Origin: an uncultured bacterium
GTDB lineage: Bacteria > Verrucomicrobiota > Verrucomicrobiia > Limisphaerales > UBA8199
Direction of reading: 5' to 3'
Length of the DNA stretch: 64,000 nucleotides
Assembly (NCBI GenBank): GCA_963749495.1
Contig: CAVVMW010000023.1
Location: 704,001-768,000, forward strand
Below, one piece after another: positions 35,753-45,585 of this stretch. The first letter of the stretch is position 1. Each line of letters opens with the position of its first letter. The position numbers and the translations under genes are program-made. Under the pieces are notes generated by a model. That model ran no database searches, was not told where the DNA came from, and saw only the letters and a program-made list of their open reading frames with translations.

Positions 35753-36580
35753 ATGAGTACGACGTACCTGGACAACTATTTGAATGACATCGGACGATTC
35801 GCGTTGCTGACAGCGGAAGAAGAAATCGAGTTGGGCAAGGCCATACGCGAAGGCAGCGGCGACGAAACCTCGCGGGCAGAAATCAAATTGATCGAGGCCA
35901 ACCTCAGGTTAGTGGTGTCCGTTGCCAAACGCTGGCAGCACACGCACCTCAACATGGAGGAATTGATCTCCGCCGGCAACGAAGGGCTGCAAATCGCCGC
36001 CAAGAAATACAATTACCGCGTGGGCACCCGTTTTTCGACTTACGCCACCCAATGGATCGAGCAGAGCATTCGCATGGCGGCCAATCACGCGCACACGGTC
36101 CGAGTTCCGATCCGGCGCTCTTACCAGCTGCACAAGGTGCTCACCGCTCCCAGCTACAATGAAGACGCCCCATGCCAGGACGCGGAACAAATCGCGCGCG
36201 AGACCAACCTGCGGGTTTCCAACGTCCGTTACGTCCTGCGCAACCGGGTGACCGAGGTGAGCCTCGATTCACCCGCCTGCGATGGGAGCGACGAATCAGT
36301 GGGCGGGGTCATCCCGGACGAGTGCTGTCTCCAGCAGGAGCTGATGCAAAGCGAAGACCTCGAGATCGTCCGCAAAGCCTTGGCGGAGTGCCTGAGCGAA
36401 CAGCAACAGTTTGTCATCAAGCAGCGCTTCGGATTCGACGGGCCCAAGGTAACCCTCAAGGCGATTGGCGATCAAATCGGGCTGACCCACGAGCGGGTTC
36501 GCAAGATTGAGCAAAAAGCCCTGGCCAGCCTTCGCCAGAAGCTCAGCGAGGCGCTCCAGCTTACCCTGGAGGCCGCTTAA
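35753..36580 (+). CDS. RNA polymerase sigma-70 family factor (RpoD/RpoS-like, lacking region 1.1)
   Basis: Region 1.2 YLNDIGRFALLTAEEEIELG; region 2 LIEANLRLVVSVAK and RFSTYATQWI; region 3 VSLDSP; region 4 TLKAIGDQIGLTHERVRKIEQKAL. Confidence 0.95.
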   Translation: MSTTYLDNYLNDIGRFALLTAEEEIELGKAIREGSGDETSRAEIKLIEANLRLVVSVAKRWQHTHLNMEELISAGNEGLQIAAKKYNYRVGTRFSTYATQWIEQSIRMAANHAHTVRVPIRRSYQLHKVLTAPSYNEDAPCQDAEQIARETNLRVSNVRYVLRNRVTEVSLDSPACDGSDESVGGVIPDECCLQQELMQSEDLEIVRKALAECLSEQQQFVIKQRFGFDGPKVTLKAIGDQIGLTHERVRKIEQKALASLRQKLSEALQLTLEAA

Positions 36581-36645
36581 GACGAAGCGCTGCCCAAGAG
36601 CGGGATTTGCTGCCGGGGAACTCCCCCGTCACACCAGCAGCGCGG

Positions 36646-37861
36646 ATGAAATTTCAGCGGAGCCATTACGTCCCGGAACCTTACCGCATCGCGTCGCTGG
36701 GCGGGCGGCTCCTCCAGATACCCAAGGCCGAAGACCGACGGCTTCAGAGGGAAATTTACGACCAGGTCAAACACTTGTGCCCGGTCCAATGGCATCCCGA
36801 GCAGGTCCAGAAGCGCATACGGGAGGCTCTCGGCGCCGGCACAAAGAAAATGGCCTTGCGGGCCGACTTGCGGAATTGTTTCGGCACCATTCCCCAGACC
36901 CTGGTCTGTTCCCGTGTCGAGGCTCTGCCTTTGCCCGAACACTTGCGGCAGGGTCTGCTCAATGTGATCCGACCCGTCCCACGGGGCTTGCCCACGGGAA
37001 GCCCGCTTTCTCCCTGGCTGGCCGAGCTGGTTCTGCGCGACGTGGACGCTGCGATGGGCCGGTTCGCTCACTATTTCCGCTACGTGGACGATATTCTGCG
37101 TCCTGGGCAGCGCCGAGGAGTGCGCGGCCGCCAAAACATGCCTCGAGCAGGTGCTCCGGCCCTTGGGGATGGCCTTGAGCCCTGAAAAAACCTGCATCCT
37201 GCCCGCTGAAAAACTCGTCTTCCTCGGCCGCTCTTATCAAACCCTCGACGACACGCGGTTGCTCGAAGTGGACCTGGGCGGCGACACGTTCCGATTGCCC
37301 AACCACAAGCAGGTCTGGTTCCGCGTCAACAAGACCGGCCGGCCTTACAGCGACGCCGGCGGGCGCATCACCTACAGCCTGAGCTGCCTGCTTAACCGCA
37401 TGAGCCAACAGCCCACGCCTTACCTGCTGGAGATGCTGATGCTGCGCCCTCCGTGCGAGGACGCCGCGCTCAATCGCATCATCCAGACTCCCGAGCTGAT
37501 CATCGACCAGGGCCTGCCGCACGCCATGCACGGGAAGATATACCGCCACTATCTCTCCAGCGTGAAAGGACTGCTCGGACGCAAAGCGGCTCTGCCCATC
37601 GGCGCCGCCGGCGAAGTCTTCCGTTGGCTTCACCTGACGAATCACATTATGCAGGCAGGCCGGCTGCCGGAGGATTACCAGGAGGCGGCGGCGGAATGGC
37701 CGGAATTCCTCGAAGCCTTGGAAGCGGGTCAATTCGAGCCCTACCACCGGCGGGTCAAAGAACTTTTCAAGCAGGAATACCGGCTTCGCACCGGACTGCG
37801 CACAGGGGCAACCGCGCTGCCGGCGGTCAAACCAGCCGTGGCGGCCTTCACTCTTGATTAA
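36646..37861 (+). CDS. Orphan reverse transcriptase (group II-like core) with a ~200-aa C-terminal domain; one frameshift at about 37095
   Basis: RLLQIPKAEDRRLQ, ADLRNCFGTI, GLPTGSPLSPWLA and RYVDD. After removing one base the frame continues ICVLG...LGMALSPEKT...VFLGRSY into ORF 37151-37861 (about 404 aa in total). Confidence 0.88.
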
Positions 37862-39276
37862 GAGACTGAGAAGCTGACCCGTTCGCCGCCTGGTCCTTGT
37901 GATTTCTCGGCCTGGATGGAAAACAACCGCGGTTGCGGCCTGGGATCGTAAAGCGCATTCCAGAGGCCTTTCCGGTGGGCGATCGCATTCAGGTTCGCCT
38001 CGAGAAATTCCTGCATTTTGGGGTGATAAGGCTGGAAGTTCGTCACCCGAGCCAGTCCCTGCTCCACCAGAAGTTGGTTGACGCAAACCTCCTTGCCGGA
38101 GGCCGGATCCCGCGCATAGAGGTAACACGGCAGCCGTCCATAGAGCGCCGGTTGATTCTTGGCCACTTCCACGCGCACCTTCGAGCCCGGGGGAGTCAGT
38201 TGCCGGACCATTTCCCAGGCCTTCTGGGCGCCGGGCTGGGATTTATCCGGGCTCTGATGGTCAACCTCCGGCGTGTCGATGCCGATCAAGCGGTAACGCC
38301 CGCGCCGGCCTACAAAGGTGTCTCCATCCACGACCTGCGCCACTGTTTCGGTGCTCGACTCCAGCTCGTAGGCGGATGGGGCGATTCGGATCGTGTGATG
38401 GCCCCATTCGCGCGCTTTGACGGCCGGGCTGACGCGGCGAAGGGCGATATTGTTGTCGCCCACCGGGAAATTGCGCAATGCCTCCAAGAATTCCGGGTCA
38501 ACCTGGCCATCCCCATTCACCGGAATACCTTCCTGCACGCCGCGGGCCACGAGGTCCAACCGCTGGTCCTGTATGATGCGGTTGCCCATCTTGATGTAGC
38601 GTTTCAGGGCGGCGATCGCCAGCAACAAACCCACCACGCCTTTCAGGCCCATCGATTTGTAGGCCAACATGCCGGCCAAGGCGCCCAGCACCGCAAGTGT
38701 CGGCGGGCTGGCCTGGCGCACAAACCCTAACGTCGCATCGAGCATCCTGTCCCCAGACAGTCCCGGCAGTAGATCCATGTCCTCGCGTGTCTCGACGGGA
38801 TAAAGGCTCGAATCCACGCTGGCCTGCCCGTGAGGCAACCCTGCCGGTGGCGGCGCTTCGGATTTGATCTCCGGCGACTCCTGCCGCAGGAGTTCCATTT
38901 GCTGCTCAAAGTACGGGTTGGCCTCCGGCGGAGATACCAGCCAGAAATCCTCAGCCGGCACGAAGAGGCCCCCGGACTTGTTCCTGGCCAGCTCCTGCAG
39001 AGTATCGTCAACGTTCTGCACGGGTCTGCGCGTCCTGCCGTCGGCAGTGCGGACCTCCAGGTCCTGAGGGCGCAAATGAGAGAAATAGACCATGCGCACC
39101 ACGTCGCTGTCCGCAGCGCAGTAAGAGACCCCGGTGGCCAGGTCATGGAGTTGAAGCGACGGATCCGAAGCGACTCCCTTGAGAAAGGCCGGCGCCGCCT
39201 TCTGAAAAGGCAGCTCTTTGCTTGGATCCGGCTTGTCGCCTGCTCGCAGCAAAACGTAGCCGGCAGTATCGGGCAT
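37858..39276 (-). CDS. Membrane-associated thermonuclease (SNase-like) domain protein
   Basis: C-terminal VVDGDT...RLIGIDTPE...YGR...NQLLVEQGLA...KGLW motifs. Two central hydrophobic helices. Confidence 0.85.
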   Translation of the reverse strand: MPDTAGYVLLRAGDKPDPSKELPFQKAAPAFLKGVASDPSLQLHDLATGVSYCAADSDVVRMVYFSHLRPQDLEVRTADGRTRRPVQNVDDTLQELARNKSGGLFVPAEDFWLVSPPEANPYFEQQMELLRQESPEIKSEAPPPAGLPHGQASVDSSLYPVETREDMDLLPGLSGDRMLDATLGFVRQASPPTLAVLGALAGMLAYKSMGLKGVVGLLLAIAALKRYIKMGNRIIQDQRLDLVARGVQEGIPVNGDGQVDPEFLEALRNFPVGDNNIALRRVSPAVKAREWGHHTIRIAPSAYELESSTETVAQVVDGDTFVGRRGRYRLIGIDTPEVDHQSPDKSQPGAQKAWEMVRQLTPPGSKVRVEVAKNQPALYGRLPCYLYARDPASGKEVCVNQLLVEQGLARVTNFQPYHPKMQEFLEANLNAIAHRKGLWNALYDPRPQPRLFSIQAEKSQGPGGERVSFSVS

Positions 39277-39279
39277 ACC

Positions 39280-39552
39280 TCATTCTACGGGCTCCGAGGG
39301 GTATCGCATCAACGATGCCCGCAAGGAACGGCGCAACTTTTCCAGGATCGGCGCGTCGTTCCCAGCCGCCAAGACAAACGGGATCACCTGGCGACTCAAG
39401 GCGAGACGGTAGGGAGGATAAAACATGTTCACCTTGATGTGCCGGGGAAAGCGCGCCATCAACTGCCTGAAATCCGGCAGCAGGCACAGACACCCCAGAT
39501 CCACCAGGGGCATGCGCACAACCATGATTTGCCTGGATTGGGCGATCCTCAT
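39280..39552 (-). CDS. Small hypothetical protein
   Basis: ATG 39552 overlaps the pilin stop (TGATG), and the ORF ends 3 bp before the nuclease start. Confidence 0.5.
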   Translation of the reverse strand: MRIAQSRQIMVVRMPLVDLGCLCLLPDFRQLMARFPRHIKVNMFYPPYRLALSRQVIPFVLAAGNDAPILEKLRRSLRASLMRYPSEPVE

Positions 39553-39989
39553 CAAGGCGCGGGGGCCCAATAATAAATCCCGTTGGTTTGGGTGAGGACC
39601 ACATCCTCGGCGCTGACAAGAGACGCGAGGAAGCCGGCAGCCTTGAGCGCCGCGATTCGGCCTGGACTGTCGGTTGGAGGGCAAACCGGTGCCTGGCCCA
39701 AACCCGGCGCAGTGGAACTGTTATAGTCCAAGAGCGAACGCTCCGCGCCATTGAGGGCGGCAGCGGCGCCGGTCCGGCGCAGGAGCAGCGCGCTGTCCTT
39801 TCCCGACACGAACACCGCAATGACAACGCCGGCCAGGATCAATAGAACGGACACCACCGCGATCAGCTCGATCGCCGTAAAGCCTCGTAGTCGCTGCCGG
39901 CTGATGGTTCGGAGCAAGGTTTCGCGAAGCTGAAGGCAACGCAACAGTGCTTGTAAAGCCGCGTCCCGACGACGTATGCAAGCACCCAC
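39552..39989 (-). CDS. Type IV pilin/pseudopilin-like protein (true start probably near TTG 39917)
   Basis: Prepilin cleavage/methylation motif RG|FTAIELIAVVSVLLILAGVVIAVF. Confidence 0.8.
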   Translation of the reverse strand: MGACIRRRDAALQALLRCLQLRETLLRTISRQRLRGFTAIELIAVVSVLLILAGVVIAVFVSGKDSALLLRRTGAAAALNGAERSLLDYNSSTAPGLGQAPVCPPTDSPGRIAALKAAGFLASLVSAEDVVLTQTNGIYYWAPAP

Positions 39990-40381
39990 GCCAGGCCGGC
40001 AGGGGACGGCAGCAGGAAGCTGAGGGACAGGTTATTGGCGTGGAGGCAAATCTTGGTCCAGGAATAACCCATCCGCAGGAAATGGATGTAGAGCGAATAG
40101 CAAATCCCCACGTGCAACAATCCGGCCAGCAGGATCAGCTTCAAGAGCCATTTGTGTTCGCGGTTGTGTTGCTGAAGTTGGCCCAGTTGCGCCCCAACTT
40201 CCCGGTAAAGGGACGCCCCGGCCGGACTGGAAGCGGTTTGCCGGGAGAGGTCCGATACCATTTGGTCAATGCGCCGGTTGAATTTCTCCACGTTGAGCCC
40301 AGAATAGAGGAAGATGAGCGCTTGCAGAATGATGACTGCCAGGCTCAGGCGCGACAGAATCAAATAGTAACGTTTCACCAC
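39863..40381 (-). CDS. Hypothetical membrane protein
   Basis: 172 aa with 2-4 hydrophobic segments. The 3' end overlaps the pilin ORF, so the boundary is uncertain. Confidence 0.55.
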   Translation of the reverse strand: MVKRYYLILSRLSLAVIILQALIFLYSGLNVEKFNRRIDQMVSDLSRQTASSPAGASLYREVGAQLGQLQQHNREHKWLLKLILLAGLLHVGICYSLYIHFLRMGYSWTKICLHANNLSLSFLLPSPAGLAWVLAYVVGTRLYKHCCVAFSFAKPCSEPSAGSDYEALRRSS

Positions 40382-40398
40382 TCCAGTATAAGGCTTTC

Positions 40399-40803
40399 AT
40401 GCGCCGCCTATGGTTCCATGGCGGGTTCACACTGGTTGAAATCATCGCGGTTGTCGCGCTGCTGGCGATCCTCGGCACCGGCGCCTTGGTTGGCCTTAAG
40501 CAAGCAAGAGACAACACCGCATTTCGAAAGGCGGTGCAGGACCTCAATGCGATCGATCTGGCCAAACAGACCTGGCAGCGATTCCATCCCAACGACACCT
40601 GGCCGACCAACGAACCCGACCGCTGGAACGCCGTCGCCGGACAGCTTAACCTGACGGGCAGCGCGGTGGAGACGCCGGCAGGAAGCGGCTACTACTACTG
40701 GGACAGGTTCACCCCGGCGGGCTACGCTTTCCACATCGGCTCGCTCGCAGACCCGGCCGCCGGCCAGTGCAACGGGACCCAGATCACGCGGCCCCTGGAT
40801 TAA
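40399..40803 (+). CDS. Type IV pilin/pseudopilin-like protein
   Basis: GG|FTLVEIIAVVALLAILGTGALVG followed by DLNAIDLAKQTW, as in GspG-like pilins. Confidence 0.88.
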   Translation: MRRLWFHGGFTLVEIIAVVALLAILGTGALVGLKQARDNTAFRKAVQDLNAIDLAKQTWQRFHPNDTWPTNEPDRWNAVAGQLNLTGSAVETPAGSGYYYWDRFTPAGYAFHIGSLADPAAGQCNGTQITRPLD

Positions 40804-41525
40804 AGTTCGGCCCACTCGGGAGCCGGGTGGCCGCGAAACTGCGGCAGGTCCATCGAATGCAGGCTGCCCAGGAACGCGACCAGGTCCGGGTCGTAAACCG
40901 GCCGCACGGCAATGGTCTGGTCCGACCGCAACAGCACGCGCTCGCAAAAGATTCGGGCCACATGGCAGCCGTCCGGACAGCCCACCTTGACTTCCTGGGC
41001 TTCCAAGACACCCACCATCAAGCGATTGGCCGAAATGGAGAGGCGGCCTTGCGCGGTGACGCCTTCCAGATAGTCGGCGACAATATAGGAGTCGGACAGA
41101 TCGTCGGCCGACAAATTGAGGAAGTTCAACTCGCCGCGGCAGGAAACCCGGCTGTCCCGCATCAGGATTTCCTGTATAGTCTGCGGTTCCTGGGCTTGTT
41201 CATTAAACTCGTCTCTGGGGCCGGAAACCTCGTTCGCCTCGATCCAACTGCGTGAGAGATCAAGGCGCCTGGCCCGGACCACCGGCAGTTGAATGTCCCC
41301 GGTAACCTTCAAGGAAGCCACCTCCACCTGACCCATCGGCGAGGGCAAACCGTGGCCGCTGACAATCTCGAGGATGGCCTGGCTGTTCCTGACCGTCACC
41401 AACTGCGCCCGGGGGTCGGGCAGGTCATAATGGCGGTCACCGCAGAAGGCCCGTCCGTGGGCGCCCTGGGTGAAGTCCAGGACCAGATGATTTCCATCTT
41501 CCGGGCCGAACGAGCCTTTCGGCAC
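40800..41525 (-). CDS. Hypothetical protein
   Basis: 241-aa ORF with plausible composition, convergent with the pilin. Start uncertain. Confidence 0.5.
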   Translation of the reverse strand: MPKGSFGPEDGNHLVLDFTQGAHGRAFCGDRHYDLPDPRAQLVTVRNSQAILEIVSGHGLPSPMGQVEVASLKVTGDIQLPVVRARRLDLSRSWIEANEVSGPRDEFNEQAQEPQTIQEILMRDSRVSCRGELNFLNLSADDLSDSYIVADYLEGVTAQGRLSISANRLMVGVLEAQEVKVGCPDGCHVARIFCERVLLRSDQTIAVRPVYDPDLVAFLGSLHSMDLPQFRGHPAPEWAEL

Positions 41526-41601
41526 ACCGGGAACGGGAGCGGAGGGAACATCTGGACCTCAAAGAGCCGAATCCTTCAAGCTCACCAGCACCGACAAGGA
41601 A

Positions 41602-43125
41602 ATGTTGGACCAGCTTCAAGCCGTGGCTGTTTGCCGCGGTTACAAAGCCGAACTCACCAGGCAGGGCAACCGGTTCGCGCTCGCCTTGAACCAGCAACTG
41701 CACGTCTCGGTCGGCGCGGGAGACCAGGGTTTGCAATGGGACACCCAATCACCGGCCGAGGAGATCGTCTGGTGCGCCTCTACCGACTCCACCAACCTCA
41801 TCATCCGGCGCAACGGCAGCGCGTCTGTGATCGGCAACTGCCTGACTGAAGGCTTCAATCTGCCGGCCCTGGATTTGGTTGCCATGTTTCGGCCGACCCG
41901 CAACGCTGGTTTGTATTTGCAATGCATCGGCCGCGGACTGCGCCGCGACCCCGAGAATCCAAAGAAGGACCATTGCCTCATCGTCAACGTGATTGACACC
42001 GCCAAGCGCAAAGGGGGCCAGAGGTTTCCACTGCCGACCGAGGACGATTGCCGCATTTACAGCGCCTTGCACAACCGGCGAGCCTCGATCCCGGAAGTCT
42101 TCCTCAGCTGGTTCTACTCCATCAACGATCTGGAGCGGTTGGTGCAGGAGCAGATCAGCGTGGACCAGTGCGGCCACCTGGACACGCCAGAGAAGGTCCA
42201 TCGCCTTCTGTCACCGTCCTGGATGCAGTTGCTCCCCGGTCAACCCGTCAATGGCAGGCTGCCGCGCATCTGGACCCCCGACGGGCAATACCCGGACCTG
42301 CTGCAACCATTCCGCGTCAACGACCCGGAGGCGTTTCGCCTGCTGGCATCCCACAAAGGCTGGGTTTATCTCCCGCACAACCGGCTCCCAAAGCACGAGG
42401 AGGCGCTCATTGAGCTTGCGTCCCAGGTGGCCAGCCGGGATGGCTCGGGGCCGAATTACACGATCGAGACCCTGATCTCGCGCGACGCCCAGCTCCGCAA
42501 CTTCATCTTGAACCTGTTCGACCCGAGGCAGTCGCTCAAAGAGCAAGCCGCCAAATGTTACGACCTGCTGCCCCTCTGCGACGGAGGCCCAAAGGTCGCC
42601 TGGTTCAAGGTCATCGCTCTGCAGGCGGATTTTAACTTCATCCAATGGAAGGACGCCGCTCGTCCCGGCATCAACCGGTTCCTGGTCCGGACGTCGGCGG
42701 GACTGGTTTACGCCTTCCGGCAAGAAGGATCGGGCGCCATCCAGCCGGAGCCGGGCTACGTGTACACCTACAATGATCTGCCCGACTTCGTGAAGACGAC
42801 CCGGTGGGCCAATCAAGGAATGTCCGGGAAACAGGCGGAGCACGTGTGCCGGATTCTTTCGGTGTCGCTCGCTGAAGCTGAGCGCCTGCGGATCAGCAAA
42901 CTGTCGGCCTCCGCGCTCATGTCCAATCACTGGCACAAATCCAGGCTGAAGCGGATCTCCGAGACCCTCCAGACTCCCCAAACGCTCATGCCCGCCGTGT
43001 ATCAGGAGAGCATCCCCATGGCCTTTTCTGACGAGCTGGGGGAGACACTGCGTGAAGCACAAAATGACAGCAGGGAGAACGCGGAAATGTGCCCCGTTCC
43101 GGCCGCCGCCGACGAGATCTTTTGA
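41602..43125 (+). CDS. Superfamily 2 helicase C-terminal remnant (N-terminal ATPase domain absent)
   Basis: Motifs V and VI are present (LTEGFNLPALDLVAMFRPT...YLQCIGRGLR). No Walker A or DExH motif upstream. Confidence 0.7.
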   Translation: MLDQLQAVAVCRGYKAELTRQGNRFALALNQQLHVSVGAGDQGLQWDTQSPAEEIVWCASTDSTNLIIRRNGSASVIGNCLTEGFNLPALDLVAMFRPTRNAGLYLQCIGRGLRRDPENPKKDHCLIVNVIDTAKRKGGQRFPLPTEDDCRIYSALHNRRASIPEVFLSWFYSINDLERLVQEQISVDQCGHLDTPEKVHRLLSPSWMQLLPGQPVNGRLPRIWTPDGQYPDLLQPFRVNDPEAFRLLASHKGWVYLPHNRLPKHEEALIELASQVASRDGSGPNYTIETLISRDAQLRNFILNLFDPRQSLKEQAAKCYDLLPLCDGGPKVAWFKVIALQADFNFIQWKDAARPGINRFLVRTSAGLVYAFRQEGSGAIQPEPGYVYTYNDLPDFVKTTRWANQGMSGKQAEHVCRILSVSLAEAERLRISKLSASALMSNHWHKSRLKRISETLQTPQTLMPAVYQESIPMAFSDELGETLREAQNDSRENAEMCPVPAAADEIF

Positions 43126-45545
43126 TGCATTACAGCCAGAACATGGAGACGGTGCTCGCCCGCGCGAAAGAATTCGCGCAGCAGCTCCAGCACACGGCCA
43201 TCAGCCCCCTCCACCTGTTGCTCGCGCTTCTCAAAACACCTGAGTGCCAGGCCTACAAGCACCTGGAAAACCAGCAGGCGCCCATCCAGAAGCTCGCGGA
43301 TTACATCACCCACAACCGGCTCAACCACGAGCCCTACGGAACGCCGACCGGCAGTCTCAATACCAAGAGCAAGTTCATCCTCAACCAAAGCGGACAGATC
43401 TCCCAGCAAATGGGCAGCGGCTACACGCGCACCGAGCACTTGCTGTTGGCCCTGCTCACCGACCAAGGCCTCGCGCGCGACGTTTACCCGGTCGTTGGGA
43501 TCCAGAACGAGCGGCTAACTCACGCCATCCTCACCCAATACGGGCTGCAGGAGCAATTGGTCGGCGCACCTGAAGGAACCGCGCCCAACCGGGAATTCAC
43601 CCGGGTCTGCATCAGCCTGAACGAATTGGCCAGGAAAGGGAAACTCAACCCGGTCATTGGCCGGACACGCGAGATTCAGCGCACGCTGCAGATTCTGGGG
43701 CGGCGCCGCAAGAACAATCCGGTCCTGCTGGGAGAAGCCGGCGTGGGCAAGACCGCCATCGTCGAAGGCATAGCTCAAAGCATCGTAAAGAAGACCTGCC
43801 CGCCTTTGCTGCACAACCGTGAGATTTTCATTTGCAACGTGGCTTCGATGGTCAGCAACACCGTTTTTCGCGGGCAGCTCGAGGGGAGGATCAAGGCCAT
43901 CCTCGATCATGTCCGCAACAACCCGAACATCATCCTCTTCATCGACGAAATCCATCTCATCGTCGGGGCGGGCAGTTCGATCGGCGGCATGGACATCTCC
44001 AACATGATGAAGGCCGCCTTGAGCCGCGGCGAAGCCCGCGTCATCGGCGCAACCACGCTGGATGAATACAACAAGACCATCGCCAAAGACTCCGCGCTCG
44101 AAAGGCGCTTCCAGCCGGTGCGCGTCGAGGAGCCGCCCGACGAGGACGTGCTGGCCATCCTGCACGGCAGCCTGCCGGTGTACGAGGAGCATCATCATGT
44201 CCGCTACGCGCCGCAAGCCGCGCTTGCGGCCCTGCAATACTCGAAGCGATACATCCATGATCGCCAGCTGCCCGACAAAGCCCTGGATGTGCTGGACGAG
44301 GCCGGGTCGGCCGCCAAGATGAATCCGCCGGAAGCTCCAGCAGCCCTCAAGGACCTGGACCTAGCGATAGCCCGGCTGACTGCGGAGAGGGTCCGGGCGG
44401 CCGCGCAAAAGCAATTCAACGAGAGGCAGGCTATTCTCTCCCGCTTGCAACAACTCAAGGATCAGAGGCAGGCAATCCTTCGCAAGCAACCGGACACGCG
44501 GATCGTCACGGAGGACCACATTCGCAGCGCGGTTAGCGTCATGAGCAACATCCCCGTGGCACGACTGACCGCCGAGGACAAGCAATCCGCCCTGTGCCTG
44601 CACGAAATACTGGGCCGTGAGGTCATTGGCCAAAAGCGCGGCATCGCGACCGTCGCCCGATTCCTCCGGCGTGGCCGCACCCGTCTCAACGATCCCAAGC
44701 GGCCGATGGGTGTCCTCCTCCTCTTGGGCCCCACCGGGGTTGGCAAAACTCTATTGGCGAAGCGAGTGGCTGCCCACATGAGCGGTTCCGAGGACCAGCT
44801 CATCGCCCTGGACATGAGTGAGTACATGGAGCGGCACAGCGTGGCGCGATTGATCGGATCGCCTCCGGGCTACCTTGGTTACGAAGACCAAAACACCCTG
44901 GTGGAGCAGGTCCGCCGGCAGCCTTATGCCGTCGTGCTGTTCGATGAAATCGAGAAGGCCCACCCGCAGGTTTGGAACATCCTGCTCCAGATTCTTGAGG
45001 AGGGGCGCCTGACCGACGGGCAGGGGCGCACAGCCAGTTTTCGAAACACCTTGATCCTGATGACCTCAAACGTCGGATACGAGCACTTCCGCAAGAAAAG
45101 CCTCGGCTTCAACCCCAACCTTGCCTCGACTAATGGGGCGGTGGTGGACGCCGTAAAGAAGGAGTTCCGGCCGGAATTCCTGAATCGGATCGATGATCTT
45201 GTCATTTTTGAACCCCTCACCAGGGACGATTGCCGGCAGATCATCGACCTGGAAGTGGAGAAGATCCGGCAGCGCACGAAGTACGCGACGTTGACCCTCT
45301 CGCAATCTCTTAAAGAGAAGGTTCTCAGGGAGGGATTCTCGGAGGAATACGGCGCGCGCCAGTTGAAAAGGATCCTCGAATTGTTGGTGACCGATCCCAT
45401 CAGCGACGCGCTGCTAAGAGAAGGAATCAGCGGCACGGGGGACATTCTGGCGGATTACGACGCGGAAAAGGGGGTTCTGGTCCATGAAGCGGGATCCGCG
45501 CCGCAGAACACGTCGGCGCCAGAACCCGTCCCGGCAGCAGTTTGA
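43125..45545 (+). CDS. clpC: ATP-dependent Clp protease ATP-binding subunit, ClpC-like
   Basis: Clp-N repeats (HLLLALL twice), Walker A motifs GEAGVGKT and [14 protein letters not shown] and LFDEIEKAH, a short UVR-like middle helix and an LGF ClpP-docking loop. ATG 43125 overlaps the upstream stop. Confidence 0.92.
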   Translation: MHYSQNMETVLARAKEFAQQLQHTAISPLHLLLALLKTPECQAYKHLENQQAPIQKLADYITHNRLNHEPYGTPTGSLNTKSKFILNQSGQISQQMGSGYTRTEHLLLALLTDQGLARDVYPVVGIQNERLTHAILTQYGLQEQLVGAPEGTAPNREFTRVCISLNELARKGKLNPVIGRTREIQRTLQILGRRRKNNPVLLGEAGVGKTAIVEGIAQSIVKKTCPPLLHNREIFICNVASMVSNTVFRGQLEGRIKAILDHVRNNPNIILFIDEIHLIVGAGSSIGGMDISNMMKAALSRGEARVIGATTLDEYNKTIAKDSALERRFQPVRVEEPPDEDVLAILHGSLPVYEEHHHVRYAPQAALAALQYSKRYIHDRQLPDKALDVLDEAGSAAKMNPPEAPAALKDLDLAIARLTAERVRAAAQKQFNERQAILSRLQQLKDQRQAILRKQPDTRIVTEDHIRSAVSVMSNIPVARLTAEDKQSALCLHEILGREVIGQKRGIATVARFLRRGRTRLNDPKRPMGVLLLLGPTGVGKTLLAKRVAAHMSGSEDQLIALDMSEYMERHSVARLIGSPPGYLGYEDQNTLVEQVRRQPYAVVLFDEIEKAHPQVWNILLQILEEGRLTDGQGRTASFRNTLILMTSNVGYEHFRKKSLGFNPNLASTNGAVVDAVKKEFRPEFLNRIDDLVIFEPLTRDDCRQIIDLEVEKIRQRTKYATLTLSQSLKEKVLREGFSEEYGARQLKRILELLVTDPISDALLREGISGTGDILADYDAEKGVLVHEAGSAPQNTSAPEPVPAAV

Positions 45546-45585
45546 TCATCACTGACCCATTCAGAGCGCGCGGGCCCCTTGTAAC

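Noticed and set aside
34345..37861. Diversity-generating retroelement targeting the giant surface proteins
   Set aside because: I found no TR/VR pair differing at adenines and no Avd-like gene, and the RT has GSPLSP rather than the DGR-type GNLTSQ. A computed self-alignment would be needed to exclude it fully.
36581..37861. Group II intron or retron
   Set aside because: There is no space for intron domains and no domain V-like 3' end. The retron NAxxH and VTG motifs are missing, and no msr/msd-sized region is adjacent.
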